27,186 bases of DNA, from the IMG/VR virus record IMGVR_UViG_3300043036_000338; one strand, written 5' to 3'. The first letter of the stretch is position 1. The number at the start of each line of letters is the position of its first letter. The notes beneath the pieces are model-generated. The model did not search any database. It was not told the origin of the DNA and was given only the letters and a program-made list of their open reading frames with translations. Origin of the DNA: a virus. Lineage: Duplodnaviria > Heunggongvirae > Uroviricota > Caudoviricetes. Below, one piece after another: positions 14,401 to 24,423 of this stretch. Made by a program: the position numbers and the translations under genes.

Positions 14401-16783
14401 ATTCTTTGTTTGGTGTAGGAACAAGACCACCAGTATTAAATGATATTGTGGCAGATGGGTTCACTGATGCTGAAGCTGAAGTTACAGAATTTGCAGCAGT
14501 ATTAACTGAATATGGTCTAAAGTCAACAACATCTCTTAGATCGTAAATAGCACCATCACTTGAGGTGAATGTTGGAATTTCATAAGTCTGAATTGCCGAA
14601 GTATTAGCTGTGTTTGCATCATCAATAGGATATGATAATACACTAAAGAAACCATTATCAGTAATACCTTTTTTAAATCTTGTCAATTTGACAACAAGAT
14701 TTGAATTTGCTACTAATGATAATCCAGACTTTTTAGAGATTGTTGCCAATCCATAATAATCATCTTTTTGATTTGAGTTTAATACAAAGAATGATGTTTT
14801 ATCAGCAGCGGTATTAGCATCTTGATAACCAATTGTTGTGTCACCTACATACACATTGTCAATAGAGTAGACATCTGGGAATCCAAGACTCCAAGGACCT
14901 GTGCTATTTGTTGTTGCTGTGTTACATGCAATTTTTACATATACAGTTTCAAGGATCTTTTGTGTAGGTGCATTGATACCGTCTTTTTTCACATTGTGAT
15001 ATAGAATACAATTTGAAATAGAACCGGCTGGTGCTCCAACTGTAATTGAAATATTGGTTGTATTTGTTACTGTCGCAGTAGCACTTGTCAGATCAATTGG
15101 TCTATTAGCAACATACGGTGATGAAGTAGCACCAGCAACAAGAATAAGATCTTTTTTCTGATCTGTTGTCAAAGCACCTACTGAATACGGCCACTCACCA
15201 CTTGTAAGTGTAAATGATAGAACACCACCTGAACTCATTGTTAAGGAATTATTAACAGTTCTTAATGTAAAATAGGTAGTTGTATTTGCTGCTGGTATTG
15301 CTTTAATTGCTGAACGACCAACATTAAATACACGGCGTTTAAATGATTGATCATATATTGTGGTTGTAATTAAATCAGCAGTACCAACGTTTGTTGCATA
15401 AACTAATGCTTTTACATCATCCCATTTCTTTGTTGATGCCATAGTAATGTCAGAAATATATGCTTTATATATTGCAGTGTTTGAACCAATAGTACCACTA
15501 TCATAAGTGATTGCCATGATCTTTGCAGTACCAATGGAAGTCCCTGCTGCTGATCCAATTGAACCATCAGTCACATTAGTCTGAACTGTATCATAAAGTG
15601 CCACGTTTGCACCAAGATGAGTATCAAACCGACCCATGAATTCTTTGACAAGAATATAGTTACCATAATTCGTTGAAATATTCTGAGAACTTTCAGTCAA
15701 ATATGTAGATGATTTAGGAAGATCAAGACTAATTTTGTCAAGAAGTTCTACTCTCTTACCTTCAACATATGCTAAACCTTTATTCACATCAAGTGCAATA
15801 GCAGACGTATTTGCGCTATCAGATGTATTAATTACAAAATCATTAACAATATAATTACCTGATTCTTCTTTTGTGCGCTTTTCAATTACACTCATAATCG
15901 TGCTATATTGAGTGTCATTATTTCTACGAATAACACGACCATATGCATATTCTTGAATAGCAAAGAATGATGAATTTGCAATTGCTTCATCAGTTGTTTT
16001 CGTCACAAGAATTGGAGTAAGTTTTAAACGATCAGCACCTGGCGCATTATAGTTATTAAAACCATTTGCATTATCAAGCAATGATGTATCTGCATTGCTA
16101 TTAATAATTGACTCATCAGTACTAAAACCAACCACAACATTATTTGGGCTGTTTGTATATTTTGAAACTACAGTAAGTTGTTCTTCAACACGTGAGAAGA
16201 AACCTTTTTGATAAATGATACCATCACCAGTTTTTATACCATATGCTTTACCAACTGCATTTGCTGGAACTGTAAGAATACTTCCTGCTGCAGTAACAGT
16301 ATCAATAATAGTATTGCTGGTATTCAGCAAATATAGGTTTTCAGTACTATTAAATGTTTTGATTTCAGTATTTGGGTTACCAGAACCTGTATATTTAAAG
16401 AATAAAGTATTTAAATCCGGATCTTGAGATTCTAATCCATTAGCATATGTTTGAATAACACCTGAAACACCAGTAGTTGCACCAATAATTTTAAGTCCAT
16501 CATATGAACTCATTGAAACTGGTTGACCATTAGTATTCAGATCAAGAATTTTAATATATGCAAGATTATCAATTTCTGAAAAATTACAACCTTGAATAAT
16601 TGTACCATCAACAAGAATATTATTACCAAAGCGTTCAATTTGATTCTGAAGAATCGTTTGAAGTTGAGTTAATTCTCTTGCTTGTAGTGCAACACCTGGC
16701 TTAAATAGCACACGATAAAAGCTATTAGCTTCATTAAAATCATCAAAATATGGCGCTTGATTAAAATCAGTAGTTAGACCCAT
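11456..16783 (-). CDS. Large virion structural protein, DUF4815 / VrlC-like (1775 aa)
   Basis: N-terminus DFNQAPYFDDF...YRVLFKPG..LQARELTQLQTILQNQIERFG, plus RRYTMRDVGQIDTRVNNLEYYT.LSLLE, RFKNGILVDNF and DPLAQTF motifs. GAGG RBS. Confidence 0.9.
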   Translation of the reverse strand: MGLTTDFNQAPYFDDFNEANSFYRVLFKPGVALQARELTQLQTILQNQIERFGNNILVDGTIIQGCNFSEIDNLAYIKILDLNTNGQPVSMSSYDGLKIIGATTGVSGVIQTYANGLESQDPDLNTLFFKYTGSGNPNTEIKTFNSTENLYLLNTSNTIIDTVTAAGSILTVPANAVGKAYGIKTGDGIIYQKGFFSRVEEQLTVVSKYTNSPNNVVVGFSTDESIINSNADTSLLDNANGFNNYNAPGADRLKLTPILVTKTTDEAIANSSFFAIQEYAYGRVIRRNNDTQYSTIMSVIEKRTKEESGNYIVNDFVINTSDSANTSAIALDVNKGLAYVEGKRVELLDKISLDLPKSSTYLTESSQNISTNYGNYILVKEFMGRFDTHLGANVALYDTVQTNVTDGSIGSAAGTSIGTAKIMAITYDSGTIGSNTAIYKAYISDITMASTKKWDDVKALVYATNVGTADLITTTIYDQSFKRRVFNVGRSAIKAIPAANTTTYFTLRTVNNSLTMSSGGVLSFTLTSGEWPYSVGALTTDQKKDLILVAGATSSPYVANRPIDLTSATATVTNTTNISITVGAPAGSISNCILYHNVKKDGINAPTQKILETVYVKIACNTATTNSTGPWSLGFPDVYSIDNVYVGDTTIGYQDANTAADKTSFFVLNSNQKDDYYGLATISKKSGLSLVANSNLVVKLTRFKKGITDNGFFSVLSYPIDDANTANTSAIQTYEIPTFTSSDGAIYDLRDVVDFRPYSVNTAANSVTSASASVNPSATISFNTGGLVPTPNKELVADYEYYLARKDLLMIDTTGNIVLKSGTPAETPIAPADPSVGMVLADISIPPFPSLTAKLANAVKRNQYGVSLSKRNNRRYTMRDVGQIDTRVNNLEYYTALSLLETTTKDLIITGADGLNRFKNGILVDNFSDLLGANIDDPEYNAGYNVSTQEISPIFRLYPLTIKPDLTATNANVSVGISTVTLRKNTDSVLINQPYATGSRRLADQFWSFKGNARIYPSFDGGWDTNITPEPSFDVDSTSIYRYSTTGNAIRTTGANKTGTNIEQTAFQSAYMRPQNVRIRATGLRPNARHYFAFDKKNVNAFCAPGKFLTGSTNLVDIYSTDPDGTTVTSDSGGNLTAVFTIPANTFLVGERLLEIGDVNDFTLTPDAYTSYSNIAYTGFNPPRPTPRRQNRDPLAQTFRIDRDAGKDSVLMLSKLELYFKQKPVDANIGVTIEIRETVNGYPSSNSIVKNGVVYLENSSISTTVKTIVTFAEPVELKTDTEYAFVALPDNDHPDYYIHLSKVGGYDPVAKINVTHDTFDGTLFTSTNGRAWTPYQDENAKFTLYTGQYDKSGYQHFTNTDHEFFTIVPTSNSFVGSELVAKVAANLTQTITTVKSNTEIAYSGTTLVGTIAAGDFIGYWANTTVIDTLKVLSANTTKIVVDRLPKYANTSANIFKTVVGEVSYQDTSKTILHLTNSSASASYLFANNDIIRGTKSQATATITTVNALKVSSIQANIVDSNYLYTDSKYEVSIIRDSTGITNIATNQPLSIDDDNLFNKNPATISSKSLLPADRGFRIKASLSNSQTTAPYDSTPIIDFGASTINVIEYLVNNDSTNETKALGGNALSKYITLPTTLAENLDADDLTVYLTAYRPAGTTIEIYSRFKNKSDPRLFDEIEWTELTLKDSSNLTSSSADVFDYRELQYVMPSVATDASLTNGGGAALNIANSNTLTYKDPAGAVYTGYKQYAIKIVFLATDYSSVPKVKDLRAIALT

Positions 16784-16796
16784 CTATTTTAGCCTC

Positions 16797-19127
16797 TTAA
16801 AATTCAATTATTATTTTTACTTTTTCAGTTTGTGAAGTACTACGAGCAATTGGAGTAAATGTTTCAACATATAATATTTCGCCAGAACCATCAACTACTG
16901 AATTCAAAGTATTAACTTTTCCGGTAAGTTTAGCTGTTGCACCATTTATTTGCCCTACAAATGTATTTATAACGCCTGACGGATCATCAGAAAGATTAAA
17001 TACACCTTGAACACCAGTTAAACCAATTACAGTACTTGTTGTATTACTACCATTCAGGCTGTGAATATATCCTAAACCATTTGCTTGGAAAGTATTATCA
17101 ACATTTGATACTGACGCAACAACTGTATTTCCAGATGTTTTAATAATATTGATAGTACTATTTCCAACTAAAAATGTGCCAAAATTAGGATTAATTGTTA
17201 TTGTATTTGCACCACGATCAATAATAATACCATTTGCTGTCACTGTAGAATCATTGTATTGTGTAATTAATGCACCTTCACTGAACGAAAATGCTGAAGT
17301 ATTTGTTGTTAACTTTACAACGTCTGAACTAATTAACTGTAATCCTGTCTGAAGAACTAATTCATCAAGTTCAAAACCTTTATCAGCAGGACCTGTATTT
17401 GTGATCACAACATTGTAGATTTCACGTTGATCAAAAGTAGTCAATGATCTATCAATTGCTGAAACACTTGCGGTAGTATTACTTGTACTTCCAGTAATGT
17501 AGTTTACAGTACTATTTCCTGTTCCAAAAAATCCATCTATGTTGGTAAGTCGTAATGTTGTACCGTCACGATTTGAAACTTGACCTGTTGCCCCAGTGTT
17601 AGCTTGAACAATATATTCGCCTGCCGTAAAGTTAGCTGCAACACTTGCCGATAATGTCAATTGAACATTTGCAAATAATGGATCTTTAATAATTGATATT
17701 TTTCTAAAATCATTTGTTGCTGGAATTGTACTTGATTCCGTATTTGCAAATGACATACCAATACCAATTCTATTTGCATATAACTCATTAATTACATCAG
17801 AACCGTGACCACCTTGTGGAGAAATGATTGCTCTTGCCTTTGCAGTTGATGTATTAATAACACCATTTGAAGTACCAGTAGAAATGTTACCAGTGTTTGC
17901 AATAATTGTAATATTTGCAAATGTATAATTTGATCCTGAGTTAATAATTTCAATATCTGAAATTGAGTTAGCTGATGGATTTACAATGGCAATTGCTTTT
18001 GCATTTGATCCATCACCATTAATGACTACACGTGGACCAATTTCAAATACAGAACTTACATCTGGAACTGTTTGTAATGGTGAATCTAATAGAACACGGC
18101 GAGTATCACCAGTAGAATAATATTCTGTGATATTTCTTAACTGACCTGCACCTAAACCTGAACGAATATAAAATGAGTTATTTTTATAAAAGCCGGCATT
18201 TGGATTTAATGATGTCGTAAGCGGTGTTGCTGAAAGTATTGTTCTATTAGTAGTTGTTGTAACACCAATAATATTTGCGCCTGGATTAAATGATCTATCA
18301 ACATTTGTAATTCTTAAAGTATTATTTGAGGTAAATACGGCAACAATAACACCATTTGATGTTTTATTAGTTGCGGTATTTAGTGATGTAACTTTTTCTT
18401 CAGTAAATCCTGCCACACTTGATAATGTCACATCATATTCAGAATAACGTTCTGATGAAATAGAATATAATAATGTATTACCACCAACAGTGGCCTCCTT
18501 AATGGTGCCTGTTGCATAACTATTGTATTCTGAACCTGGGTTTGTAATAAGAATTGTATTAATTGAACCAACCACAGCATTAGATGTCACATTGGCATTT
18601 GGAACAACTGGAATATATTCTGCTGTGGCAAATTTGGAGTATGTAGATGCATCCACAGAAAACATATATTTCCACTGATACCCGTCATTTGTCACATAAG
18701 TTTCATCATCTGCCGATGTTTCTGAAAATAATGGTTGACTTATTGATTGAGACCTGTTATTATTATTCAGACACTTAAATATATGATAATTTGTACTTTC
18801 AGGTGATACGACAAAAAAGTTCTTTGTCTCTAAATTGGCCACTGTATCATCATACATATCATATATTGTACCAGAAGTCCAAGAAACATTTCGAATCATA
18901 TGCTTAATATCAGCAGGTGTAATATTTTTACCAAAGATAAGATCATCGTATAGATTATAATGGTTTTCTATAATAGAATTCACAGGATCTGGTGGGGAAC
19001 TATCATTTGTAAAAGGTGTGCTTTTATGGGCACCAATATAATAGATTGAATTAGCAGATTCATTCACAGACTCAAGAAATTGAGCAGCGGCATGTGTACG
19101 AAAATTACTTACAATAAGACGAGACAT
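16797..19127 (-). CDS. gp8: Baseplate wedge subunit gp8-like (776 aa, enlarged by insertions)
   Basis: WTSGTIYDMYDD, YHIFKCLNNN, TNDGYQWKYMF, ISPQGGHGSD...EL and FRKISIIKDP, ending GEILYVE...RS..Q.E.VKIIIEF. Real ATG at 19127 with AAGGA RBS. Confidence 0.85.
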   Translation of the reverse strand: MSRLIVSNFRTHAAAQFLESVNESANSIYYIGAHKSTPFTNDSSPPDPVNSIIENHYNLYDDLIFGKNITPADIKHMIRNVSWTSGTIYDMYDDTVANLETKNFFVVSPESTNYHIFKCLNNNNRSQSISQPLFSETSADDETYVTNDGYQWKYMFSVDASTYSKFATAEYIPVVPNANVTSNAVVGSINTILITNPGSEYNSYATGTIKEATVGGNTLLYSISSERYSEYDVTLSSVAGFTEEKVTSLNTATNKTSNGVIVAVFTSNNTLRITNVDRSFNPGANIIGVTTTTNRTILSATPLTTSLNPNAGFYKNNSFYIRSGLGAGQLRNITEYYSTGDTRRVLLDSPLQTVPDVSSVFEIGPRVVINGDGSNAKAIAIVNPSANSISDIEIINSGSNYTFANITIIANTGNISTGTSNGVINTSTAKARAIISPQGGHGSDVINELYANRIGIGMSFANTESSTIPATNDFRKISIIKDPLFANVQLTLSASVAANFTAGEYIVQANTGATGQVSNRDGTTLRLTNIDGFFGTGNSTVNYITGSTSNTTASVSAIDRSLTTFDQREIYNVVITNTGPADKGFELDELVLQTGLQLISSDVVKLTTNTSAFSFSEGALITQYNDSTVTANGIIIDRGANTITINPNFGTFLVGNSTINIIKTSGNTVVASVSNVDNTFQANGLGYIHSLNGSNTTSTVIGLTGVQGVFNLSDDPSGVINTFVGQINGATAKLTGKVNTLNSVVDGSGEILYVETFTPIARSTSQTEKVKIIIEF

Positions 19128-19137
19128 CAATTATTCC

Positions 19138-22100
19138 TTAGGCTGATGTTATACTACTATTGGCAATGGCAATACTTAAATTAGCTGTTGATCTTTTTTC
19201 AACACTACCAAATATTTCATTACCAGCAACATGCAATATCTTTTTAACAATATCTTCATATCTATTTATAGACAATCCTGAAATGATGTCATACGAATAT
19301 TCTTGATAGTATCTATTATCCTGAATCTTCTTTTCAGAGTTCAGATGTGATGTTGTTGTTTTCCAATAACCTTCACCAATACCTTGATTCAAAATGTTTG
19401 TAGTACCTTCAAGTAAAAACTGATTGTTAACACTTTCAAGAGTGACAACACCATCTTGTACATATCCAAAACCAGAATCAATAACCTCAAGTGAAGTTGC
19501 AATACCATTTGCAACAATAACATTTGATGATATAATTGCATTATCACCAAGAACACTTGAAGTACTATCGGCCTGAACATTTAAAATATTTGCACTAGCA
19601 TTTGAATCAACACCAGTAATAGCAATTCCAGCCGAAAATGCAACATTAAATGATGTTCTGTGAACTTTAAGTATTTTTCCAATAGTGTCATATTGTAATA
19701 CTTTTCCTTTAGCAGATGTACTCTGTTCAAGGTTTTCACCAACAATAAATGATCCAATCACATTGTTTAATTCAAGATAAAAATCACCTCTTGCATATGA
19801 AGCAATATATGGATTATATACTCTTGTAAATGGATTTGCGTTATAGTTAATACCTGGATTTATTTTTCCTAGTGAACCAATAGAACCAATAGTAAAGTTT
19901 TCAGATGTAAGAAGACTAGTAATAGTATCTGTAATCTCACCTTGTGGATTCTTGATAAATCCATAACCATAATTCATCACTGGTGATATGCTAGCAACTG
20001 TGCCAGACGTTGCAGGAAGCGTAAGACTAGGTGAAGTGTAGTAACCTTCGCCAGGATCTGTTACAGTCACTGTAGTGATCACACCTGAACCATTTGTAGT
20101 GATATATGCATTTGCCTGTAACCATGGATTGCCACCGCCTTGACCACCGCCCGTAAATGTAATTAAACCACCATTTGCATATAAAGTGCCACCAGTATTT
20201 ACAGTTACTGTTTGTACAAATCCAATACCAGATTCTTGACCATTCAATAATACATTCAGGAATGGAGTATTGGCTGTATTATTTGCACCTACAAGATCAG
20301 TATTTAAAGCAACAGTTTCAGCATTTTCCAATACACCTACTTTAAAATTAGCACCAGTACCTGTTCTTATTCCTGTTATAACTGTGTTTAGCTCAATGAT
20401 AGTACCGTTTGCATATCGTGGAGGTGATATTAATAATTCACGATTTGTTTCAACATAAAAGTTACCTGCTTCATTATAGAAAAATGGTTGTGTATTTCCA
20501 TAGATACCAATTGCTATTGTATTCTGCCCAACAATAAATCCATTTGCATATGCTTTTGTTATGTTATTCTTACCTGCAGGGGCTCCAATAACGCCATTTG
20601 CACTATTATTACTATTTAGATATACAGATGCTGCACCAGTATTTGTATTTGATGAAATTGTAGCAATAAGTTTGGTGCGATCACCACGAATTTTATTGCC
20701 ATCATTAAAGACACCATATACAATTCTTGCACTCACATTTGCTCCAGTAACATTAGTTACCAAACCTCTTGCTCCAGTATTTGACACCGTAACGGAACTA
20801 ACTGAACAGTTCACAGTTGGATTACTGGTTTTAATTAGTGATTGAGTTGTTACAAATGTTCCCCACGATTCTTTAACAATAATTGTATTTGCAGTGCTTG
20901 ATTCCACTAAACCAAATGCACTACTAGTAATTGTATTTGACACAGGTTCACGAATTGTTTGACTGACGGCATCATTAACATTAAAACCAGTATTTGAAGA
21001 TACTGATAATGTAACAATACTTTGCTCATCAATATATTCACCGATGGAATATGCTGTTGCTGAACTTAAAGTAAATTTAGTTTGATCACCAAATGTTGTA
21101 TCACCGAGTAATTGAACAGTCACTAATGAATTGGCAGATGGTGTTGTGATAATATCACCAGTAGCATTTGTATTAGCAACTGAAATAATAATTGAGTTTG
21201 CCACCACAGTATTTGCAGCATTTCTACCAGACAGATAGTCACCAACATTGGCGCTATTGACATTTGTTGCGGATGCAAGATATATTTTTTCAATTCGTTG
21301 CAGAACTGGTTCATATAATGAATATGAAAGATTTGCGTTATTGACATTTAAAAGTGCTGTTGAAACATATACGTTTGTTGTATTGGTTGTTGTATATCCA
21401 TAACCGCCATCGACAAGTTTAAAGTCAACACGACCAGTAGCATTCTCAATACCAGTCACACGAACCTTACCGTGTTTTGCTTCACTGCTTATAATATCAA
21501 GAATGTCACCAATTTTATTATCTTTGCCACCAGATATGATATTAATAGAAGTCAATGATCCATTGACTGATGGGGCTCCATTGAGTGAAACACTATCAGT
21601 AATTTGTTCACCATAAATAAAATTTCCCTTAATTGAACTTAGATATACAATATCAATAAGTTTCCCATTAACACGTTTAGTAATAATACTTTCAACAAAA
21701 GCTTTAGTTCCAGTAATTGAACCAGTAATTTGTTTATTAATGAATGTTTTTGTTCTGGGACTTTTTGTAACTTCAATATAAATTTGATTGTACCATAAAG
21801 AATCCGACGGCTTGATAATATCATCACCTGGATAATACACATCAATTTCTTGATTATAAAGAAGTTTCATAAGCAACTCTAATGAGTACTTAGAACCTTT
21901 TGTTGAATATAGGTCAAGAATATGTTTGATTGCAAATCGCTTATCAGTTGTGATAATTGATGGAAAGTCAGCCAAGAATTCATTTTTGAAATGTGATATG
22001 AATGAATCCAAAGACTCATCAATATCACTTAATTCAAACATTTGACGTGATAATTTTATCGAATACTTGTCAGTTGTTTCAAGAAACTCATAATAGGCTT

Positions 22101-22194
22101 TTATGAATGCAACTAATTCAGCACCTTGCTCACGATAATAAGCAGGAAATTGTGACTCAATTACATGTGATATTGTTTGTGTAATATCAGTCAT
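19138..22194 (-). CDS. gp7: Baseplate wedge initiator gp7-like (1018 aa)
   Basis: IESQFPAYYRE...FIKAYYEFLE, LYSTKGS...LELLMKLLY...YYPGDDIIKPSD and C-terminal KIQDNRYYQEYSY...VKKILHVAG. Lies between gp6 and gp8. Confidence 0.85.
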   Translation of the reverse strand: MTDITQTISHVIESQFPAYYREQGAELVAFIKAYYEFLETTDKYSIKLSRQMFELSDIDESLDSFISHFKNEFLADFPSIITTDKRFAIKHILDLYSTKGSKYSLELLMKLLYNQEIDVYYPGDDIIKPSDSLWYNQIYIEVTKSPRTKTFINKQITGSITGTKAFVESIITKRVNGKLIDIVYLSSIKGNFIYGEQITDSVSLNGAPSVNGSLTSINIISGGKDNKIGDILDIISSEAKHGKVRVTGIENATGRVDFKLVDGGYGYTTTNTTNVYVSTALLNVNNANLSYSLYEPVLQRIEKIYLASATNVNSANVGDYLSGRNAANTVVANSIIISVANTNATGDIITTPSANSLVTVQLLGDTTFGDQTKFTLSSATAYSIGEYIDEQSIVTLSVSSNTGFNVNDAVSQTIREPVSNTITSSAFGLVESSTANTIIVKESWGTFVTTQSLIKTSNPTVNCSVSSVTVSNTGARGLVTNVTGANVSARIVYGVFNDGNKIRGDRTKLIATISSNTNTGAASVYLNSNNSANGVIGAPAGKNNITKAYANGFIVGQNTIAIGIYGNTQPFFYNEAGNFYVETNRELLISPPRYANGTIIELNTVITGIRTGTGANFKVGVLENAETVALNTDLVGANNTANTPFLNVLLNGQESGIGFVQTVTVNTGGTLYANGGLITFTGGGQGGGNPWLQANAYITTNGSGVITTVTVTDPGEGYYTSPSLTLPATSGTVASISPVMNYGYGFIKNPQGEITDTITSLLTSENFTIGSIGSLGKINPGINYNANPFTRVYNPYIASYARGDFYLELNNVIGSFIVGENLEQSTSAKGKVLQYDTIGKILKVHRTSFNVAFSAGIAITGVDSNASANILNVQADSTSSVLGDNAIISSNVIVANGIATSLEVIDSGFGYVQDGVVTLESVNNQFLLEGTTNILNQGIGEGYWKTTTSHLNSEKKIQDNRYYQEYSYDIISGLSINRYEDIVKKILHVAGNEIFGSVEKRSTANLSIAIANSSITSA

Positions 22195-22195
22195 C

Positions 22196-23989
22196 TTATC
22201 CTGCTACTCCATATACGGTGATAAGTACATCTTCTGGTCGAATAGTAATAATTCTATTGTTTGGCGGCACAATGTCACTTAACACTGTTCTTCCATATAT
22301 TCTTAAATCAGCACCTTCATATGCAGAAATATTAAGTGCTTTAATAGTAACTTTACCAGTCATATAATCAACACTACCAATATCATCATTTAAGTAAATA
22401 AAACCACCATTTGTTGTTTGAAGTATTTGTAATTTACCTAAACCATCATCTTGAATAAACGCAGAGTCTTTTCCAGCATATGTAAATGTTGAAGATTTAA
22501 TAGCTGGTTTATGTGTGTTAACCAATTCACCAGTAGTCAATGGATGATCAATGATCAGTTGATTTTTAAATTCTAATGAATATGCATTATTTACATTTAA
22601 TGTTGGATTGATCGCAAGAATGGCTTGAACTGATGTATCATTTGATAGTATGCTAACGTTACTATTATCAATTGTGGATGTAAAATTAGAATATCTAAAT
22701 GTTTTCTTAAAATCGGATAGATTATTTGTACTGTATTTGGTGATTGAATTAGCAACAAGATCTTTAATTGCAACAGGAGATAAATCTGTTACATTAATAT
22801 TATAGTAAACATTACTTGTAACATATAGATACATAAATTCAGCAGCTTCAATGATTGGTTCAATACCCAGAGCTGTTCTATCTTTTAAGTAGTTGTAATA
22901 TTTGTTCTTATCATTACTTGATAGTCCATAAGCATTATTGGTATCAACTGCAACAATGACACGACCATATTGTGGCGGATCACGTTCTTCACCACCGTAA
23001 GCCAATGCAGCTTGAATTTCTGGAAACTTATTTTTCAAAATAATTTCAAAATCAGACTTAGTAATTGCACGATCTTGAATCTGAATGGATTTTGGTGCAA
23101 AGTATTTGATTGACTCAATACTTTCAATGTCTGAGCCACCTGCCGATGTTGAGTTTAATGATACGGTTGCTTGATAACCAGAAATAGAACCTGATGGTGC
23201 CATGCTAGTAATACCATTTGCAGCCGAACCAACGGTCATACGATATTCAATAAGTACAACATTACCAGTTGTCGGAACATTTCCAAATACGTTTTGACCA
23301 AATCCAATCTCATACTTATCATCAAAATACGGTTGAACATAGAAAACATTGTCTAATGATCCAACACCAAAGATATTTGATTTTGGCATATATGTGATAC
23401 CGGTTGTATCGGTTGATGTAGCTTTAACAGTGACACGAATACTGTTTGTATCTACATTCTTATTTGAGATAACAAATCGTTGTGTGTTTATATTAGTGAC
23501 AGAATATGCTTCAGTGATATAACTGCCTTCATAAACTTCAAGGTTGTTATACACAAATGAGTTATTGACATTTGGTATTGACACAGCATCAGTACTATAG
23601 AATGTGTAAGTCTTGTTGCCACATCTTGCAATGAATTTTGTTTTTGCAGGAATTGTAATTGTTGCTGGATATGGTGCAGCCACAGACAGTCTTACAGCAA
23701 TTTTTGCAACTGATGATGTGTATGATCTTGGAAGATAATTCAAGGACTTTGCATGTGAAATGACTGAATCTCTTAGTTGTGATGAGTCAAGAAACATTTC
23801 AGAAATTGCCATATTTGTATAGAAGTTATTCTGATATGTATTATAAGCCAATATGTCTAATAGGACAGACATATTTGAACCTTCAAAATCATAGTCCTTA
23901 AACTGGTTTTGACCTTTAAGGTAAGCTTTAAGATCAGCTTTTACCTGATCAAAGTCTAAATTAGTGATACTGTTAACTGTAGTTGCCAT
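22196..23989 (-). CDS. gp6: Baseplate wedge subunit gp6 (597 aa)
   Basis: LDFDQVKADLKAYLKGQNQFKDYDFEGSNMSVLLDILAYNT, DSSQLRDSVISHAKSLNY.PRS, ESIESIKYFAPK...QDRAIT..D and GGEE.DPPQYGRV. Confidence 0.95.
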   Translation of the reverse strand: MATTVNSITNLDFDQVKADLKAYLKGQNQFKDYDFEGSNMSVLLDILAYNTYQNNFYTNMAISEMFLDSSQLRDSVISHAKSLNYLPRSYTSSVAKIAVRLSVAAPYPATITIPAKTKFIARCGNKTYTFYSTDAVSIPNVNNSFVYNNLEVYEGSYITEAYSVTNINTQRFVISNKNVDTNSIRVTVKATSTDTTGITYMPKSNIFGVGSLDNVFYVQPYFDDKYEIGFGQNVFGNVPTTGNVVLIEYRMTVGSAANGITSMAPSGSISGYQATVSLNSTSAGGSDIESIESIKYFAPKSIQIQDRAITKSDFEIILKNKFPEIQAALAYGGEERDPPQYGRVIVAVDTNNAYGLSSNDKNKYYNYLKDRTALGIEPIIEAAEFMYLYVTSNVYYNINVTDLSPVAIKDLVANSITKYSTNNLSDFKKTFRYSNFTSTIDNSNVSILSNDTSVQAILAINPTLNVNNAYSLEFKNQLIIDHPLTTGELVNTHKPAIKSSTFTYAGKDSAFIQDDGLGKLQILQTTNGGFIYLNDDIGSVDYMTGKVTIKALNISAYEGADLRIYGRTVLSDIVPPNNRIITIRPEDVLITVYGVAG

Positions 23990-24405
23990 TATCTTACCCT
24001 GTTAAGTACTACGTTTAATGTTATTGGTGTTTGTATATTTATGACGCTAAACATGATGGTAATTGTAGCGCTATTTTGATCATTAAAAAGATCACTCACA
24101 TTTACAGAAATTAAATTGCATCTTGGTTCAAAGTTTTCTATAGTTGTTCTAATAAGATCTTTTAGAATGTATTGTGTTTCGGGATGAAGAATATTCTCAA
24201 ACAACATTTTTCTGATATTAGAACCAAGTGTTGGATTAAATAGTCGTTCACCAGTATCGGTCAAAAGTAAATTTTTGATTGACTCTTTGATAGAATCCTC
24301 ATCGGTATATCTAACAACATCACTATTTACTGGATTCAATAAAAGATCTTTTCTCAAATCAGAATATAATACATCCTGTTTTCTTACACTAGGTGTTATG
24401 ATCAT
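23989..24405 (-). CDS. gp25: Baseplate wedge subunit gp25 (138 aa)
   Basis: YSDL...SIKESIKNLLLTDTGERLFNPTLGSNIRKMLFE...IENFEPR. AAGGAG RBS. Confidence 0.95.
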   Translation of the reverse strand: MIITPSVRKQDVLYSDLRKDLLLNPVNSDVVRYTDEDSIKESIKNLLLTDTGERLFNPTLGSNIRKMLFENILHPETQYILKDLIRTTIENFEPRCNLISVNVSDLFNDQNSATITIMFSVINIQTPITLNVVLNRVR

Positions 24406-24423
24406 TTAACTTCTCCTTTATAG

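Noticed and set aside
16964-19270. Perfect TATAAATA matches inside the 3' ends of gp8 (16964-16971) and gp7 (19263-19270), plus CATAAATA at 24036-24043
   Set aside because: They are intragenic, and at about two-thirds AT roughly four such 8-mers are expected per strand by chance in 27 kb. They may be real but cannot be supported here.
16797-22194. Intron, intein or homing endonuclease explaining the large gp7 and gp8
   Set aside because: The frames are continuous and no intein or LAGLIDADG/HNH/GIY-YIG motifs were seen; the extra length is accounted for by repeated structural domains.
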